This document shows, piece by piece, positions 50,993 through 59,850 of a stretch of DNA of 64,000 nucleotides (position 1 is its first letter; every line of letters begins with the position of its first letter). The position numbers were made by a program, and so were the translations under genes. Origin of the DNA: Betaproteobacteria bacterium (lineage in GTDB: Bacteria > Pseudomonadota > Gammaproteobacteria > Burkholderiales > JACQAP01); contig JACQAP010000009.1 of assembly GCA_016194905.1 (NCBI GenBank), positions 77,569 through 141,568 on the forward strand, in the 5' to 3' direction. The notes under the pieces were generated by a model. It had not been told where the DNA came from and searched no databases. It saw only the letters and a program-made list of their open reading frames with translations.

Positions 50993-53161
50993 ATGCGGAA
51001 ACCAGGTGTGTTGTACGCAACGATGGCAGCGCTCGGCATCGCCATCTTGTTCGGCGTCGGACAGGCCCCGTTGAACGCGCAGCAGCCCGCCGACCCGGCG
51101 ATCCAGATCGGCGCCAGCGACCTCGGCGGGGCGGTGAAGAGCGCGAACGGTCCGGAAGCGAGCGTTTGGGTGATCGCAGAGACGACTGATCTTCCGACCC
51201 GCTTCGCCAAGATCGTGGTCACCGATGATCGAGGGCGCTACCTCATTCCCGACCTTCCCAAGGCCACCTACAACGTGTGGGTGCGCGGCTACGGACTGGT
51301 CGATTCGCCCAAGGTCCGCAGCGCGCCCGGGAAGCTCCTCGATTTGAGCGCGGTGGTGGCGCCGAGCGCCGCGGCAGCGGCAGAGTATTACCCGGCGATC
51401 TTCTGGTACAGCCTGTTGAAGATTCCGGCACCAAGCGAATTCCCCGGCACGGGGTTCGAGGGCAACGGCATCCAACTGGACATCAGCGGCCAGAGAGAAT
51501 GGCTCAGCACCGTGAAGACCAACGGCTGCATGGCGTGTCACGCGTTAGGCACGCGCGGCACGCGCACATTGCCGAAGGATTTCGCGCACATGAATTCCAC
51601 GGAGGCCTGGGCGCGGCGCATCGCCTCGGGTCAGGCCATGAACAACATGGTTACCGTGGCCGGCCGGCTCGGTACCGCGCGGGCGCTCGCGCAGTGGGCC
51701 GACTGGACCGACCGGATCGCTGCCGGCGAACTCCCCTTCGATCGGCCGGCGCGGCCGCAAGGCATCGAGCGCAACCTCGTGCTGACGCTGTGGGAATGGA
51801 GCCACCCTGGCGCCTACATGCACGACTTGATCTCCACCGATCGGCGCAAACCCACGATCAATGCCAATGGCAAAATGTACGGGGCACCGGAGAACAGCAC
51901 GGATTACTGGCCGGTTCTCGACCCAGTCAGGCACACCGCGACAGAAGTGAAGCACCCCGTCCGCGATCCGAACACGCCGTCTTACCGGACCGATCCGATG
52001 GCGCCTTCTCCTTACTGGGGCCCCGATCCGATCTGGGACAGCCAGAGCAGCACGCACAACCAGATGATGGACGAGAAAGGGCGGGTCTGGGCGGCGGCGC
52101 GTATCCGGCAGGCGAACAATCCCGACGATTGCAAGAAAGGCTCGAACCATCCGTCGGCGAAAGTGTTCCCGCTCGAGAGCGCAATGCGGCATCTCTCGAT
52201 GTACGACCCTGCTTCGAGCAAGTGGACGCTGATCTCGACGTGCTTCCCAACGCACCATGTCATCTTCGCCGAAGACGCCAACAATACCCTGTGGACGTCG
52301 AGCGGGGTGGGTGGCCCGGGCGTGCTCGGCTGGCTGAACCGCAAGAAGTTCGAGGAAACCGGCGACGAGATGGAATCGCAGGGCTGGACGCCCTTCGTGC
52401 TTGATACCAACGGCAACGGCAAGCGCGACGAATGGGTCGAGCCCGACCAGCCGCTCGACCCTGCCAAGGACAAGCGCATCGCGGTCAACCTCTACAGCGT
52501 TGCCGTGAACCCGGTCGACGGTTCGGTCTGGGGAACCGCGCTGGCGCCGTTCCCCAGCTATATCGTGCGCGTCGCGCCGGGGTCCGATCCGGCCAACACG
52601 GCGATCACCGAAATCTACGAGCCGCCGCTGCCCGCTTACGGGGCGCGCGGCGGTGACATCGATCGCAACGGCGTGTTCTGGGCCTCGTACGCGAGCGGCC
52701 ATCTCGGCAGCTTCGACAGGCGCAAGTGCAAGGGACCGTTGAACGGGCCGGGCGCGGCCACCCGCCGGCACTGCCCCGAGGGCTGGACGCTGGTCCGGTT
52801 ACCCGGACCGCAGTTCAGGGACGTGCACGACGACGGCAGCGCCGAGGCGAGCTACTACGTCTGGGTCGACTGGTTCAACACACTGGGGCTCGGCGAAAAC
52901 GTGCCGATCGCGACGGGCAACACCAGTGACGCCTACTTCGCGTTGGTCAACGGCAAGTTCGTGACGCTGCGCGTGCCCTACCCCATGGGCTTCTTCGCGA
53001 AGTGGGCGGAAGGACGCATCGACGATCCGAAAGCCGGGTGGAAAGGCAGGGCACTCTGGGCGACGAATTCCACCCGAGCGCCGTTCCACTCCGAAGACGG
53101 GACAAAAAACCTGTCCAGGGTCTTCAAGTTCCAGCTCAGGCCCGATCCGCTCGCAAGATAA
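50993..53161 (+). CDS. Large secreted protein: carboxypeptidase-regulatory-like N-domain, single CxxCH haem-c motif, propeller-like C-terminal region
   Basis: 722 aa; RBS GAGGAG; signal peptide. VTDDRGRYLIPDLPKATYNVWVRGYG (CarboxypepD_reg-like). NGCMACHALG (CxxCH). The rest is a long W/G/D-rich region. Confidence 0.7.
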   Translation: MRKPGVLYATMAALGIAILFGVGQAPLNAQQPADPAIQIGASDLGGAVKSANGPEASVWVIAETTDLPTRFAKIVVTDDRGRYLIPDLPKATYNVWVRGYGLVDSPKVRSAPGKLLDLSAVVAPSAAAAAEYYPAIFWYSLLKIPAPSEFPGTGFEGNGIQLDISGQREWLSTVKTNGCMACHALGTRGTRTLPKDFAHMNSTEAWARRIASGQAMNNMVTVAGRLGTARALAQWADWTDRIAAGELPFDRPARPQGIERNLVLTLWEWSHPGAYMHDLISTDRRKPTINANGKMYGAPENSTDYWPVLDPVRHTATEVKHPVRDPNTPSYRTDPMAPSPYWGPDPIWDSQSSTHNQMMDEKGRVWAAARIRQANNPDDCKKGSNHPSAKVFPLESAMRHLSMYDPASSKWTLISTCFPTHHVIFAEDANNTLWTSSGVGGPGVLGWLNRKKFEETGDEMESQGWTPFVLDTNGNGKRDEWVEPDQPLDPAKDKRIAVNLYSVAVNPVDGSVWGTALAPFPSYIVRVAPGSDPANTAITEIYEPPLPAYGARGGDIDRNGVFWASYASGHLGSFDRRKCKGPLNGPGAATRRHCPEGWTLVRLPGPQFRDVHDDGSAEASYYVWVDWFNTLGLGENVPIATGNTSDAYFALVNGKFVTLRVPYPMGFFAKWAEGRIDDPKAGWKGRALWATNSTRAPFHSEDGTKNLSRVFKFQLRPDPLAR

Positions 53162-53251
53162 AGTTCGCTCGGCGGGTGCCCTTGAGGGGTACGCGAAGGA
53201 GAGTCGAGTTCATCGCTCAAAAAGGGCGTCACCCTGACAAACCTTCGAGGA

Positions 53252-53287
53252 AACAGGCCAGCGAAAATTGCTGGCCTGTTTTCGTTT
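53252..53287 (+). terminator. Rho-independent terminator after 50993..53161
   Basis: AACAGGCCAGC-gaaaatt-GCTGGCCTGTT (11-bp stem) is followed by TTCGTTT. Confidence 0.75.
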
Positions 53288-53458
53288 CGGCATGCCTTAA
53301 TTATTCAAATCTGCGCTATTTGTCGGATCCATTGCTCGAATATGCCTGACAGATAATAGGCGAATCAATAAATAGGTTTACTTGAGCAGCCGTGGCTGGA
53401 CAGTTTATGCACACTGCAGGCCTGGCGACCGTTGCCTGACGCACATAAGGAGAGCACC

Positions 53459-53947
53459 ATGACCCGGCGATCGTTTTACCTGAGTATTCTTTGCCTTGGC
53501 TTCGCATTCTCTCAAAGCGTCAACGCCCAACAAGAGTCGCACGCGGGACAGGCTCGACAGCCGGGACCCGAATATCTGACCTCGCCTGCAACGACCCTTC
53601 TCAAGCGGCCGTTTTCCGAAGCGGTTCGCGTCGGGAATATGCTTTACTTGTCTGGCTTCACCGGGAGGATCCCGGGCACGAATACGGTGGTGCCAGGCGG
53701 GATACAGGCGGAAACGAAGCAGGTAATGGAGAACATCAAGGGGGCGCTCGACCGATACGGATCGGACTTTGACCACGTGGTCAAATGCACCGTGATGCTA
53801 CTCGACATCCAGGAGTGGGCCGCCATGAACGAAGTCTATCGAACCTACTTTCCCCAGGACCGCATGCCCGCGCGAAGTGCGTTTGCGACAAACGGCCTGG
53901 CGTTCGGGGCGAGAGTGGAAATCGAGTGTTTGGCGACGATGAGGTAA
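53459..53947 (+). CDS. RidA/YjgF-family protein with N-terminal signal peptide
   Basis: ATG at 53459 follows AAGGAG. Signal-like SFYLSILCLGFAFSQSVNA. RidA core (VGNMLYLSGF...ETKQVMENIK..L...G.....VVK.TV.L.D......MNEVY..YF....PARSA). Confidence 0.8.
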   Translation: MTRRSFYLSILCLGFAFSQSVNAQQESHAGQARQPGPEYLTSPATTLLKRPFSEAVRVGNMLYLSGFTGRIPGTNTVVPGGIQAETKQVMENIKGALDRYGSDFDHVVKCTVMLLDIQEWAAMNEVYRTYFPQDRMPARSAFATNGLAFGARVEIECLATMR

Positions 53948-53953
53948 ACAGTA

Positions 53954-54529
53954 ATGCGGCAATGCAAGCTGTCATTTCTTTTGGTTTTGATTTCGGCGCT
54001 GATTGCGTCAGCGCTGATGATGCAGGGGGTCCATGCAGAGGAGGACAAGGCCATGACGCTCAAACTGACTTCGACTGCCTTCGTGCACGAAGGCGGAATT
54101 CCCAAAATCCATACCTGCCAGGGACAGGACGTTTCGCCGCCGCTCGCCTGGAGCGGCGTTCCGGCGAACGCGAAGAGCCTGGTGCTGATCATAGACGATC
54201 CCGACGCGCCCGATCCCGCCGCGCCGAAGATGACCTGGGTCCACTGGGTGCTCTACAACATTCCGCCTTTGGCGACCGGTCTGCCGCAGGGCGTCTCGCC
54301 GAAAGAATTACCCGCAAGCACGCTGCAAGGCAACAGCGATTTCCTGCGCATCGGCTACGGCGGCCCCTGCCCGCCTATCGGCCGCCATCGCTACTTTCAC
54401 AAGCTCTACGCGCTCGACGTCGTGCTTCCTGACATGAAGAAGCCGCGCAAGCAGGATGTGGAGAAGGCGATGAAGGGGCATGTCATCGAACAGGCGGTGT
54501 TGATTGGGACTTATCAGAAAAACCAGTGA
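53954..54529 (+). CDS. YbhB/YbcL-family (PEBP/Raf kinase inhibitor-like) protein, secreted
   Basis: 191 aa with a signal peptide. SPPL.WSGVP...KS..LI.DDPDAP........HWV.YNIP...GY.GPCPP.G.HRY.F.LYALD. Confidence 0.85.
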   Translation: MRQCKLSFLLVLISALIASALMMQGVHAEEDKAMTLKLTSTAFVHEGGIPKIHTCQGQDVSPPLAWSGVPANAKSLVLIIDDPDAPDPAAPKMTWVHWVLYNIPPLATGLPQGVSPKELPASTLQGNSDFLRIGYGGPCPPIGRHRYFHKLYALDVVLPDMKKPRKQDVEKAMKGHVIEQAVLIGTYQKNQ

Positions 54530-54846
54530 ATACGAACGCGCTAACGAACCCTGCCGTCAAAGCCGCCATCGAGGCGCTGCAGAGCGGCGACCGCAAAGCC
54601 TGGTCCGCGCTCTTCGAACCCGACGCCAGGCTCTACGACGACGGCGCCCCTCGCAGCCTCGAGAAGTTCACGCAGGACGCTCTCGGCCACGAACGGTTCA
54701 CGTCTATCGACCGGGTGGAAAACAACGGCCTCGACCTGACCGGCGCATTCCATTCGGACCAGTGGGGCGACTTTCGAACCTATTTCAGGTTCCAGCTCTC
54801 CCCGTCCGGCAAGATCAAGCGCCTGGACATCGGGCAGGCGGATTAG
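54526..54846 (+). CDS. NTF2-fold (SnoaL-like) small protein
   Basis: 106 aa. GTG start overlaps the upstream stop (GTGA). The size and pattern (AIEALQSGDRKAW.ALF..DA.L.DDG) fit a SnoaL-like protein. Confidence 0.55.
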   Translation: MNTNALTNPAVKAAIEALQSGDRKAWSALFEPDARLYDDGAPRSLEKFTQDALGHERFTSIDRVENNGLDLTGAFHSDQWGDFRTYFRFQLSPSGKIKRLDIGQAD

Positions 54847-54857
54847 AGGGGCACATC

Positions 54858-55118
54858 ATGCACACGATCATTGTCCTTGCGATTGGTTTCGGCTTGCTCG
54901 GCCTGTGCGCCATCGCCGGGCGTGTCCTTGGCGGCACGCCCGGGATCGCGACGGCCGCACTCATCTTTCTTCCGCTGTGGCTCGTCGGGGCGGGCATCAA
55001 CATGGTTATGGGGGTCAAGCAGGCCGGCTACTCGGTCGCGGAGGAGGCGCCCATGTTTCTCCTCGTGTTTGCGGTGCCGGCAGTGGCGGCCCTCATCGTG
55101 TGGTGGATGCTTCGCTGA
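54858..55118 (+). CDS. Small integral membrane protein
   Basis: 86 aa with three hydrophobic helices (IIVLAIGFGLLGLCAIAG / ALIFLPLWLVGAGINMVMG / MFLLVFAVPAVAALIVWWML). Confidence 0.6.
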   Translation: MHTIIVLAIGFGLLGLCAIAGRVLGGTPGIATAALIFLPLWLVGAGINMVMGVKQAGYSVAEEAPMFLLVFAVPAVAALIVWWMLR

Positions 55119-55342
55119 AGCGCTGCAACTTGCGGCCACCGCGGCGGACTCGCGCGCCCCCAATGCGTCTGACCCCGCCTGGCCCCACGGTTCCGGCCAA
55201 AATCCCGATAAGCGGCAGATTTATCCTCCTGTTCGGAGCACTGGCTTGTCTTGCAGACTGCGAAGATGGCAGCGTTTCCAAAGAATCGCATGTCCTGCCA
55301 TTACGGTGTCCGCGATTGCAGGCTTTTTACAAGGAGCTCTAT

Positions 55343-55690
55343 ATGGCTGATGACAATCACAATGGCTGCCTGGTTGTTGGTGAAGGCGTGAAACTCAGCG
55401 GTAACTTTGTTGTGCCGAACAGCGCTTCCATTTCCGGAACGATCGATGGGGATTTGACCGCGCGTGAAATCCTCGTGGGCAACACCGGTGTCCTGAAAGG
55501 GAAGGTAACCGCCGACCTGGTCGATGTTCGCGGAGAAATTCACGAAAACGTGACTTCCACCAAGGCCCTCTTCGTCCGATCGACAGGCAAGGTCATCGGC
55601 GAAATCCAGTATGCCGAAATCGAGATTGAAAAAGGCGGTGACCTGCAGGGCAATCTCAGCAAGATAGCGGCGGCCGGTACCGCGGCCTGA
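55343..55690 (+). CDS. Bactofilin-family cytoskeletal protein
   Basis: 115 aa; RBS AAGGAG. The repetitive beta-helix pattern is typical of bactofilins (G..V.L.G......S..I.G.I.G.L.A..I.V...G...G.V.A..V.V.GE....V). Confidence 0.8.
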   Translation: MADDNHNGCLVVGEGVKLSGNFVVPNSASISGTIDGDLTAREILVGNTGVLKGKVTADLVDVRGEIHENVTSTKALFVRSTGKVIGEIQYAEIEIEKGGDLQGNLSKIAAAGTAA

Positions 55691-55707
55691 CATTTGGCTC
55701 ATTGCAC

Positions 55708-56181
55708 ATGAACATGTTCAGCAAAAATCCGGAGTTCAAGCATTCGCAGGACAAATCCGGGCAACACGCGGTTTTGGCCATGCCGGAAAGAACCCCGCGT
55801 CCGGAACCCGTCCGCCAGCCGGCACCCTTGTCCGTAAAACCGTCGATTGTCGACAAGGGATCAGCGCCGTTATCGGTAACATCGTCCCTCATCAGCGAGG
55901 GATTTGAATTCACGGGCGACATCAAGTCCGCAGGTTCATTGACCGTGGACGGCGCAATCAAGGGTAATCTCGTTGTACAAACACTTTTGATTGGCGCCAA
56001 AGGGCTGGTGGACGGCAGTGTAAAAGCCGACAGCATCAACGTGGAGGGATGCCTGTCCGGTGCGATTGAGTGCAAGGATCTGGTGGTGGGTAGCCGTGCC
56101 GTTGTAGATGGCAAATTGAGTTACAACACCATCACCATCCGAAGAGGCGGCACCATCAAGGGCGACCTGATACGCGAGTAA
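55708..56181 (+). CDS. Bactofilin-family protein with disordered N-terminal extension
   Basis: The C-terminal about 100 aa (SLISEGFEFTGDIKSAGSLTVDGAIKGNLVV...VEGCLSGAIECKDLVVGSRAVVDGKLSY..ITI..GG.IKG) is a bactofilin repeat pattern. Start ambiguous: TTG at 55702, ATG at 55708 or ATG at 55714. Confidence 0.75.
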   Translation: MNMFSKNPEFKHSQDKSGQHAVLAMPERTPRPEPVRQPAPLSVKPSIVDKGSAPLSVTSSLISEGFEFTGDIKSAGSLTVDGAIKGNLVVQTLLIGAKGLVDGSVKADSINVEGCLSGAIECKDLVVGSRAVVDGKLSYNTITIRRGGTIKGDLIRE

Positions 56182-56419
56182 GCGTCAGCCCAGGCAAAGG
56201 TTACGATGTCTGGGCTGATCAGCCTGCGTCGATCAGGTTGACCCTGAGCCAATTCTGAATTCTCCGACACCCGGGTCCTCCGGGCTGATACGAGTTTCAA
56301 GAACAGTAGTGTCAGGATTGCTGTCGACCATGGCGCGGTCGCGCTGGCACATGCTCAAATGCGTTTCTTTATCTCGACCCTGGCGATCCGACCTCAGCTC
56401 GGCAAGCGCCTCACGCGGA

Positions 56420-57058
56420 TCACCCCGCAACGGGCGTACGAGCCAGTTGCCCCTTCAGCCGTACCACTTCTTTTTCGAGATCGGCGATGCGCCGGTCGCG
56501 CTGTTCGAGCGTGCGCGCGACATCCGCGGCTTCGAAGCGCTGCGGAATATGCTTCGGACAGTTGGTGTCCCACGCCGTCACGGTGAACAGGATCACCCGC
56601 TCGCCCCGCGACTTTTCATTCTTGGGCATCAGCTTCTCCAGCAACGCGGGATCATCCTCGACCACGCGCGCCTCGCCCCAGATTTTCACGCGCTGGCGAT
56701 GCGCGTAATCGATCAGGAACAGGTGGGCCTTGGGATTTTCCGCGAGATTGCCCAACGTGATGAACTGCCGGTTGCCGCGAACGTCCGCAAAGGCGATCGT
56801 CTTGTCATCGAGAACGTGCAGGAACCCCGCGGGTCCGCCGCGATGCTGGATGTACGGCTGACCGGCGGCATTCGCCGTGCCGAGGAACACGCTGGTCTGC
56901 GCGGTGATGAACCCGGCGAGGTCCGGCGTGATTGTGGTTTCCCAGCCCTCTCCTTCTTCCATCCGGGCATACGCCGTACGCGAGCCGTGCCGGGCCTGAA
57001 TGGCTTTGACGGTGGGGGTAAAGGCGACATCGCTGGGAACAAGAGTCGGTTTGGTCAT
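56420..57058 (-). CDS. Pyridoxamine 5'-phosphate oxidase-family (FMN-binding split barrel) protein
   Basis: ATG at 57058 is preceded by AGGAGAA. FLGTANAAGQPYIQHRGGPAGFLHVLDD.TIAFADV.GN.Q..TLGNL..NP.A.LFLIDY..R.R.KIWG. Confidence 0.75.
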   Translation of the reverse strand: MTKPTLVPSDVAFTPTVKAIQARHGSRTAYARMEEGEGWETTITPDLAGFITAQTSVFLGTANAAGQPYIQHRGGPAGFLHVLDDKTIAFADVRGNRQFITLGNLAENPKAHLFLIDYAHRQRVKIWGEARVVEDDPALLEKLMPKNEKSRGERVILFTVTAWDTNCPKHIPQRFEAADVARTLEQRDRRIADLEKEVVRLKGQLARTPVAG

Positions 57059-57198
57059 GGCGGTTCTCCTATTCAAGATGGGTCGAAGTCGGTTCGCTTC
57101 GCCTAGTGCATTGCGAATGGAGCGCATCGTGAAGAATTCCGATGGAAAGAAGAATCACCGCCGATTACAATTCATTCTTCCGTTTACCGGAATACTGA

Positions 57199-58098
57199 AT
57201 GGACCGGTTTCACCTCATGGCCGTCTATGTGGCGGTGGCGGAAGAAGAGAGCTTCGCCGGCGGCGCGCGCAGGCTGGGGATGTCCCCGCCTGCCGTGACC
57301 CGGGCGATCGCCTCGCTTGAAAAGCGCCTCGGCGTAAACCTGCTTACCCGGACCACCCGCTTCGTCCGGGCTACCGATGCGGGGCAGCGTTACCTGGAAC
57401 ATGCGCGGCGCATCATCGCGGACGCGGATGAAGCCGACGAAGCCGTCGCCGGCGTGAACGCTGCGCCGCGCGGCCAGCTCTCCGTCACCGCGCCGGTGCT
57501 GTTCGGCCGCATGTTCGTCATGCCCAGCGTCGTCGAATACCTGAGGCACTTTCCCGACATGTCCATCTCGGCGGTATTCCTCGATCGGATCGTCAACCTG
57601 CTCGAAGAAGGCATGGATGTGGGCATACGCATCGGCGAACTGCCCGACTCGAGCATGAGGGCGATCGGCGTCGGCCATGTGCGCCGCGTCGTGTGCGCCG
57701 CGCCGGATTACCTCAAGGCGAATGGCGTTCCGCGTGCGCCGGCCGATCTCGCCAAGCACGCCGTTGTCGCCGCGAACCCGGTCTCGCCTTCCGTCGATTG
57801 GAAATTCGTGAACGGCAAGAAAACGACGAGTGTCAAATTGACACCGCGGCTGACGGTAACGAACAATGAAGCCGCCATCGTGGCAGCCGTGCAGGGTTTC
57901 GGCGTGACTCGCCTGCTCTCCTATCAGATCGCTGCGTTCCTGGCCTCGGGTCAATTGAAAGCCGTTCTGAGCGACTTCGAGCCGCCACGCCTGCCTATCC
58001 ATGTCCTGCACAGCGAAGGCCGGCAGGCCTCTGCCAAGGTCAGAACTTTTGTTGACTTGCTGGTGGAAAGATTGAGAGCGGACAAGGCGCTGAGCTAG
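57199..58098 (+). CDS. LysR-family transcriptional regulator
   Basis: 299 aa. N-terminal HTH (F..VAEE.SFAGGARRLGMSPPAVTRAI..LE..LGV.LL.RTTR). Divergent from the PNPOx-family gene. Confidence 0.9.
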   Translation: MDRFHLMAVYVAVAEEESFAGGARRLGMSPPAVTRAIASLEKRLGVNLLTRTTRFVRATDAGQRYLEHARRIIADADEADEAVAGVNAAPRGQLSVTAPVLFGRMFVMPSVVEYLRHFPDMSISAVFLDRIVNLLEEGMDVGIRIGELPDSSMRAIGVGHVRRVVCAAPDYLKANGVPRAPADLAKHAVVAANPVSPSVDWKFVNGKKTTSVKLTPRLTVTNNEAAIVAAVQGFGVTRLLSYQIAAFLASGQLKAVLSDFEPPRLPIHVLHSEGRQASAKVRTFVDLLVERLRADKALS

Positions 58099-58104
58099 AT
58101 AGTC

Positions 58105-58971
58105 TCAGCAGGGCTCCAGTAATACATAACCCGCGAATTTTCGCAGAGCGTCCCTCCGCTCCTTCGACAGGAAAAGGCCCCAGAATTTCACTGCAACCTT
58201 GGCAAGCGGGGGTAGCGGGATCGGCCGGCGCAGGCGCTCGCCTTCGTCGGCCAGCCAGCGGATCTCTTTGGATTGCCACCCGTGCTGCCGGAAGAAACCG
58301 AACCAGTCGCCAGGCGCAAACTTGAACGGGGCATTTTGCATCTTCTGCCCCAGCCCTTTGCGGTGGCGGAACTTCATCGCCTCGGGGGAAAAGTTATCCA
58401 CCAGCCAATAGCGGACACGATCCAGGGCTCTGAGGTCGTCCGCCAGCAACGCCGCCTCCTCGACGCTCAGATAAGGAACGACGCCTTCGGTGAGAACCAG
58501 AATCCTGTTAGCTTGAGCATTGACGCGGGAAAACAGTTTCTGCCGCGCCGGACGGCCGGCGAGATCGATCCTCACGCGCTCCAGACGGCAGCGCGGGGTC
58601 TCGTGCGCCAACCGGCTTTCCTTGTACTCGATGATGTGGGGATAGTCGGCTTCTATCCAGTGCAGCGATGCCGGCAGGTTCATTCGGTACGGACGCGTAT
58701 CCAGTCCCGCGCCGAGGTTGAGGACGGTGTCGACGCCTTCGCCGATTGCAGCCCGGATGAAGTCGTCGATGATGCAGGTCCGGATCACGATCGTCCAACC
58801 GATGATGCGCGAGTTGGGCATCGACACCGCTATTTCCCCGCCGCGCTCTCCCGCCAGGCGGGCGGCAAACGGGTCGCGGAACAGCGCGTCGGCCCGTTCG
58901 GATTCGAGCGCACGATGATGCGCGATCCAGAATGCGGTATCGGAGACGTCTCTGATCAGGGGCTCGGCCAT
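58105..58971 (-). CDS. Class I SAM-dependent O-methyltransferase (leucine carboxyl methyltransferase/Omt-type family)
   Basis: 288 aa. DTAFWIAHHRA.ES.R.DALF.DPFA..L and VLNLGAGLDTRPYR (SAM-binding motif). Confidence 0.8.
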   Translation of the reverse strand: MAEPLIRDVSDTAFWIAHHRALESERADALFRDPFAARLAGERGGEIAVSMPNSRIIGWTIVIRTCIIDDFIRAAIGEGVDTVLNLGAGLDTRPYRMNLPASLHWIEADYPHIIEYKESRLAHETPRCRLERVRIDLAGRPARQKLFSRVNAQANRILVLTEGVVPYLSVEEAALLADDLRALDRVRYWLVDNFSPEAMKFRHRKGLGQKMQNAPFKFAPGDWFGFFRQHGWQSKEIRWLADEGERLRRPIPLPPLAKVAVKFWGLFLSKERRDALRKFAGYVLLEPC

Positions 58972-59043
58972 GCGAGGGAAAAAATACCGGATTGCAGATC
59001 ACAGCGGTACGTTTACGGAAACGCGTCGCCTGAAGTGTACCGG

Positions 59044-59727
59044 ATGAACAAGGAGCAACATGCGTTTCTTCCCTATACGGTCGGAACAGGACTCACGGAG
59101 TTGAACAAGGGATTGTTGCAGGCGAACGCGGTGCCGCTGGACGACTCGTACAAGGCGACGTTCGGTGTATCCATCGACGATCAGCGCGTCGACCAGAAAT
59201 CCGGAAAGGTCAAAGGCCAGGAGGGAATTTACGGCCAGTATCGCGCGGAAGCGATTTTCGAGGCCAACCGTTCGCTGCACCGCCCGCTGCTTTCGCAAGG
59301 CATGCCGGAACCAGAAGCGAAGAACTACGTCCTGACCGGAAATTACCGTTACGCGTTCACGCGCAACCAGATCCTTCTCGCGATCGTGTACCGGCACCCG
59401 GGTGAGCAGCCCTTCCGCGTGGCGGCCAGGCAAACCGGCATCGTGACGACGTTCCGTCCGGATCAGCGCGGCTGGTACGAACCTTACGAGCGCGATGTGA
59501 ATGGACAACCGATCGATGAAGTCGTCGACTGGGTCGCAATGGAGTACAAGCTGCTTCGTCAGGAAAAGGTTGTCGCGACGATGATGGTCCTCTCGGCCGA
59601 GTCCATCAAATCCGGCAAGCGTTCGCCGGACTACTGGCAGGCGGAAGGTCCCTGGATGGCCGGGGAAACTACAGAAGTGATGCGGCAATCGCAGATCAGG
59701 GCGAAAACCCCACTGCCGACGACTTGA
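59044..59727 (+). CDS. Hypothetical protein (no recognisable domain)
   Basis: 227 aa from the ATG at 59044. The longer track ORF 58273..59727 is antisense shadow over the methyltransferase gene. It is followed by a strong terminator. Confidence 0.55.
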   Translation: MNKEQHAFLPYTVGTGLTELNKGLLQANAVPLDDSYKATFGVSIDDQRVDQKSGKVKGQEGIYGQYRAEAIFEANRSLHRPLLSQGMPEPEAKNYVLTGNYRYAFTRNQILLAIVYRHPGEQPFRVAARQTGIVTTFRPDQRGWYEPYERDVNGQPIDEVVDWVAMEYKLLRQEKVVATMMVLSAESIKSGKRSPDYWQAEGPWMAGETTEVMRQSQIRAKTPLPTT

Positions 59728-59750
59728 TAGTTATTCGTAGCGACTTCGAA

Positions 59751-59779
59751 CCCCGCCCGAGTGACGGGGTTTTTATTTT
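59751..59779 (+). terminator. Rho-independent terminator
   Basis: CCCCG-cccgagtga-CGGGG, extendable to AACCCCG/CGGGGTT, is followed by TTTTTATTTT, 24 nt after the stop at 59727. Confidence 0.8.
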
Positions 59780-59850
59780 CGGCGACAAAGCGCTGGGCCG
59801 AGCGATGCACCCGCACGCGGCAGCGGCGGAGAGATTCTCCCAAAATCCGC

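Noticed and set aside
58273-59043. N-terminal 257 aa of track ORF 58273..59727.
   Set aside because: It is antisense to the methyltransferase gene. The credible protein starts at the ATG at 59044.
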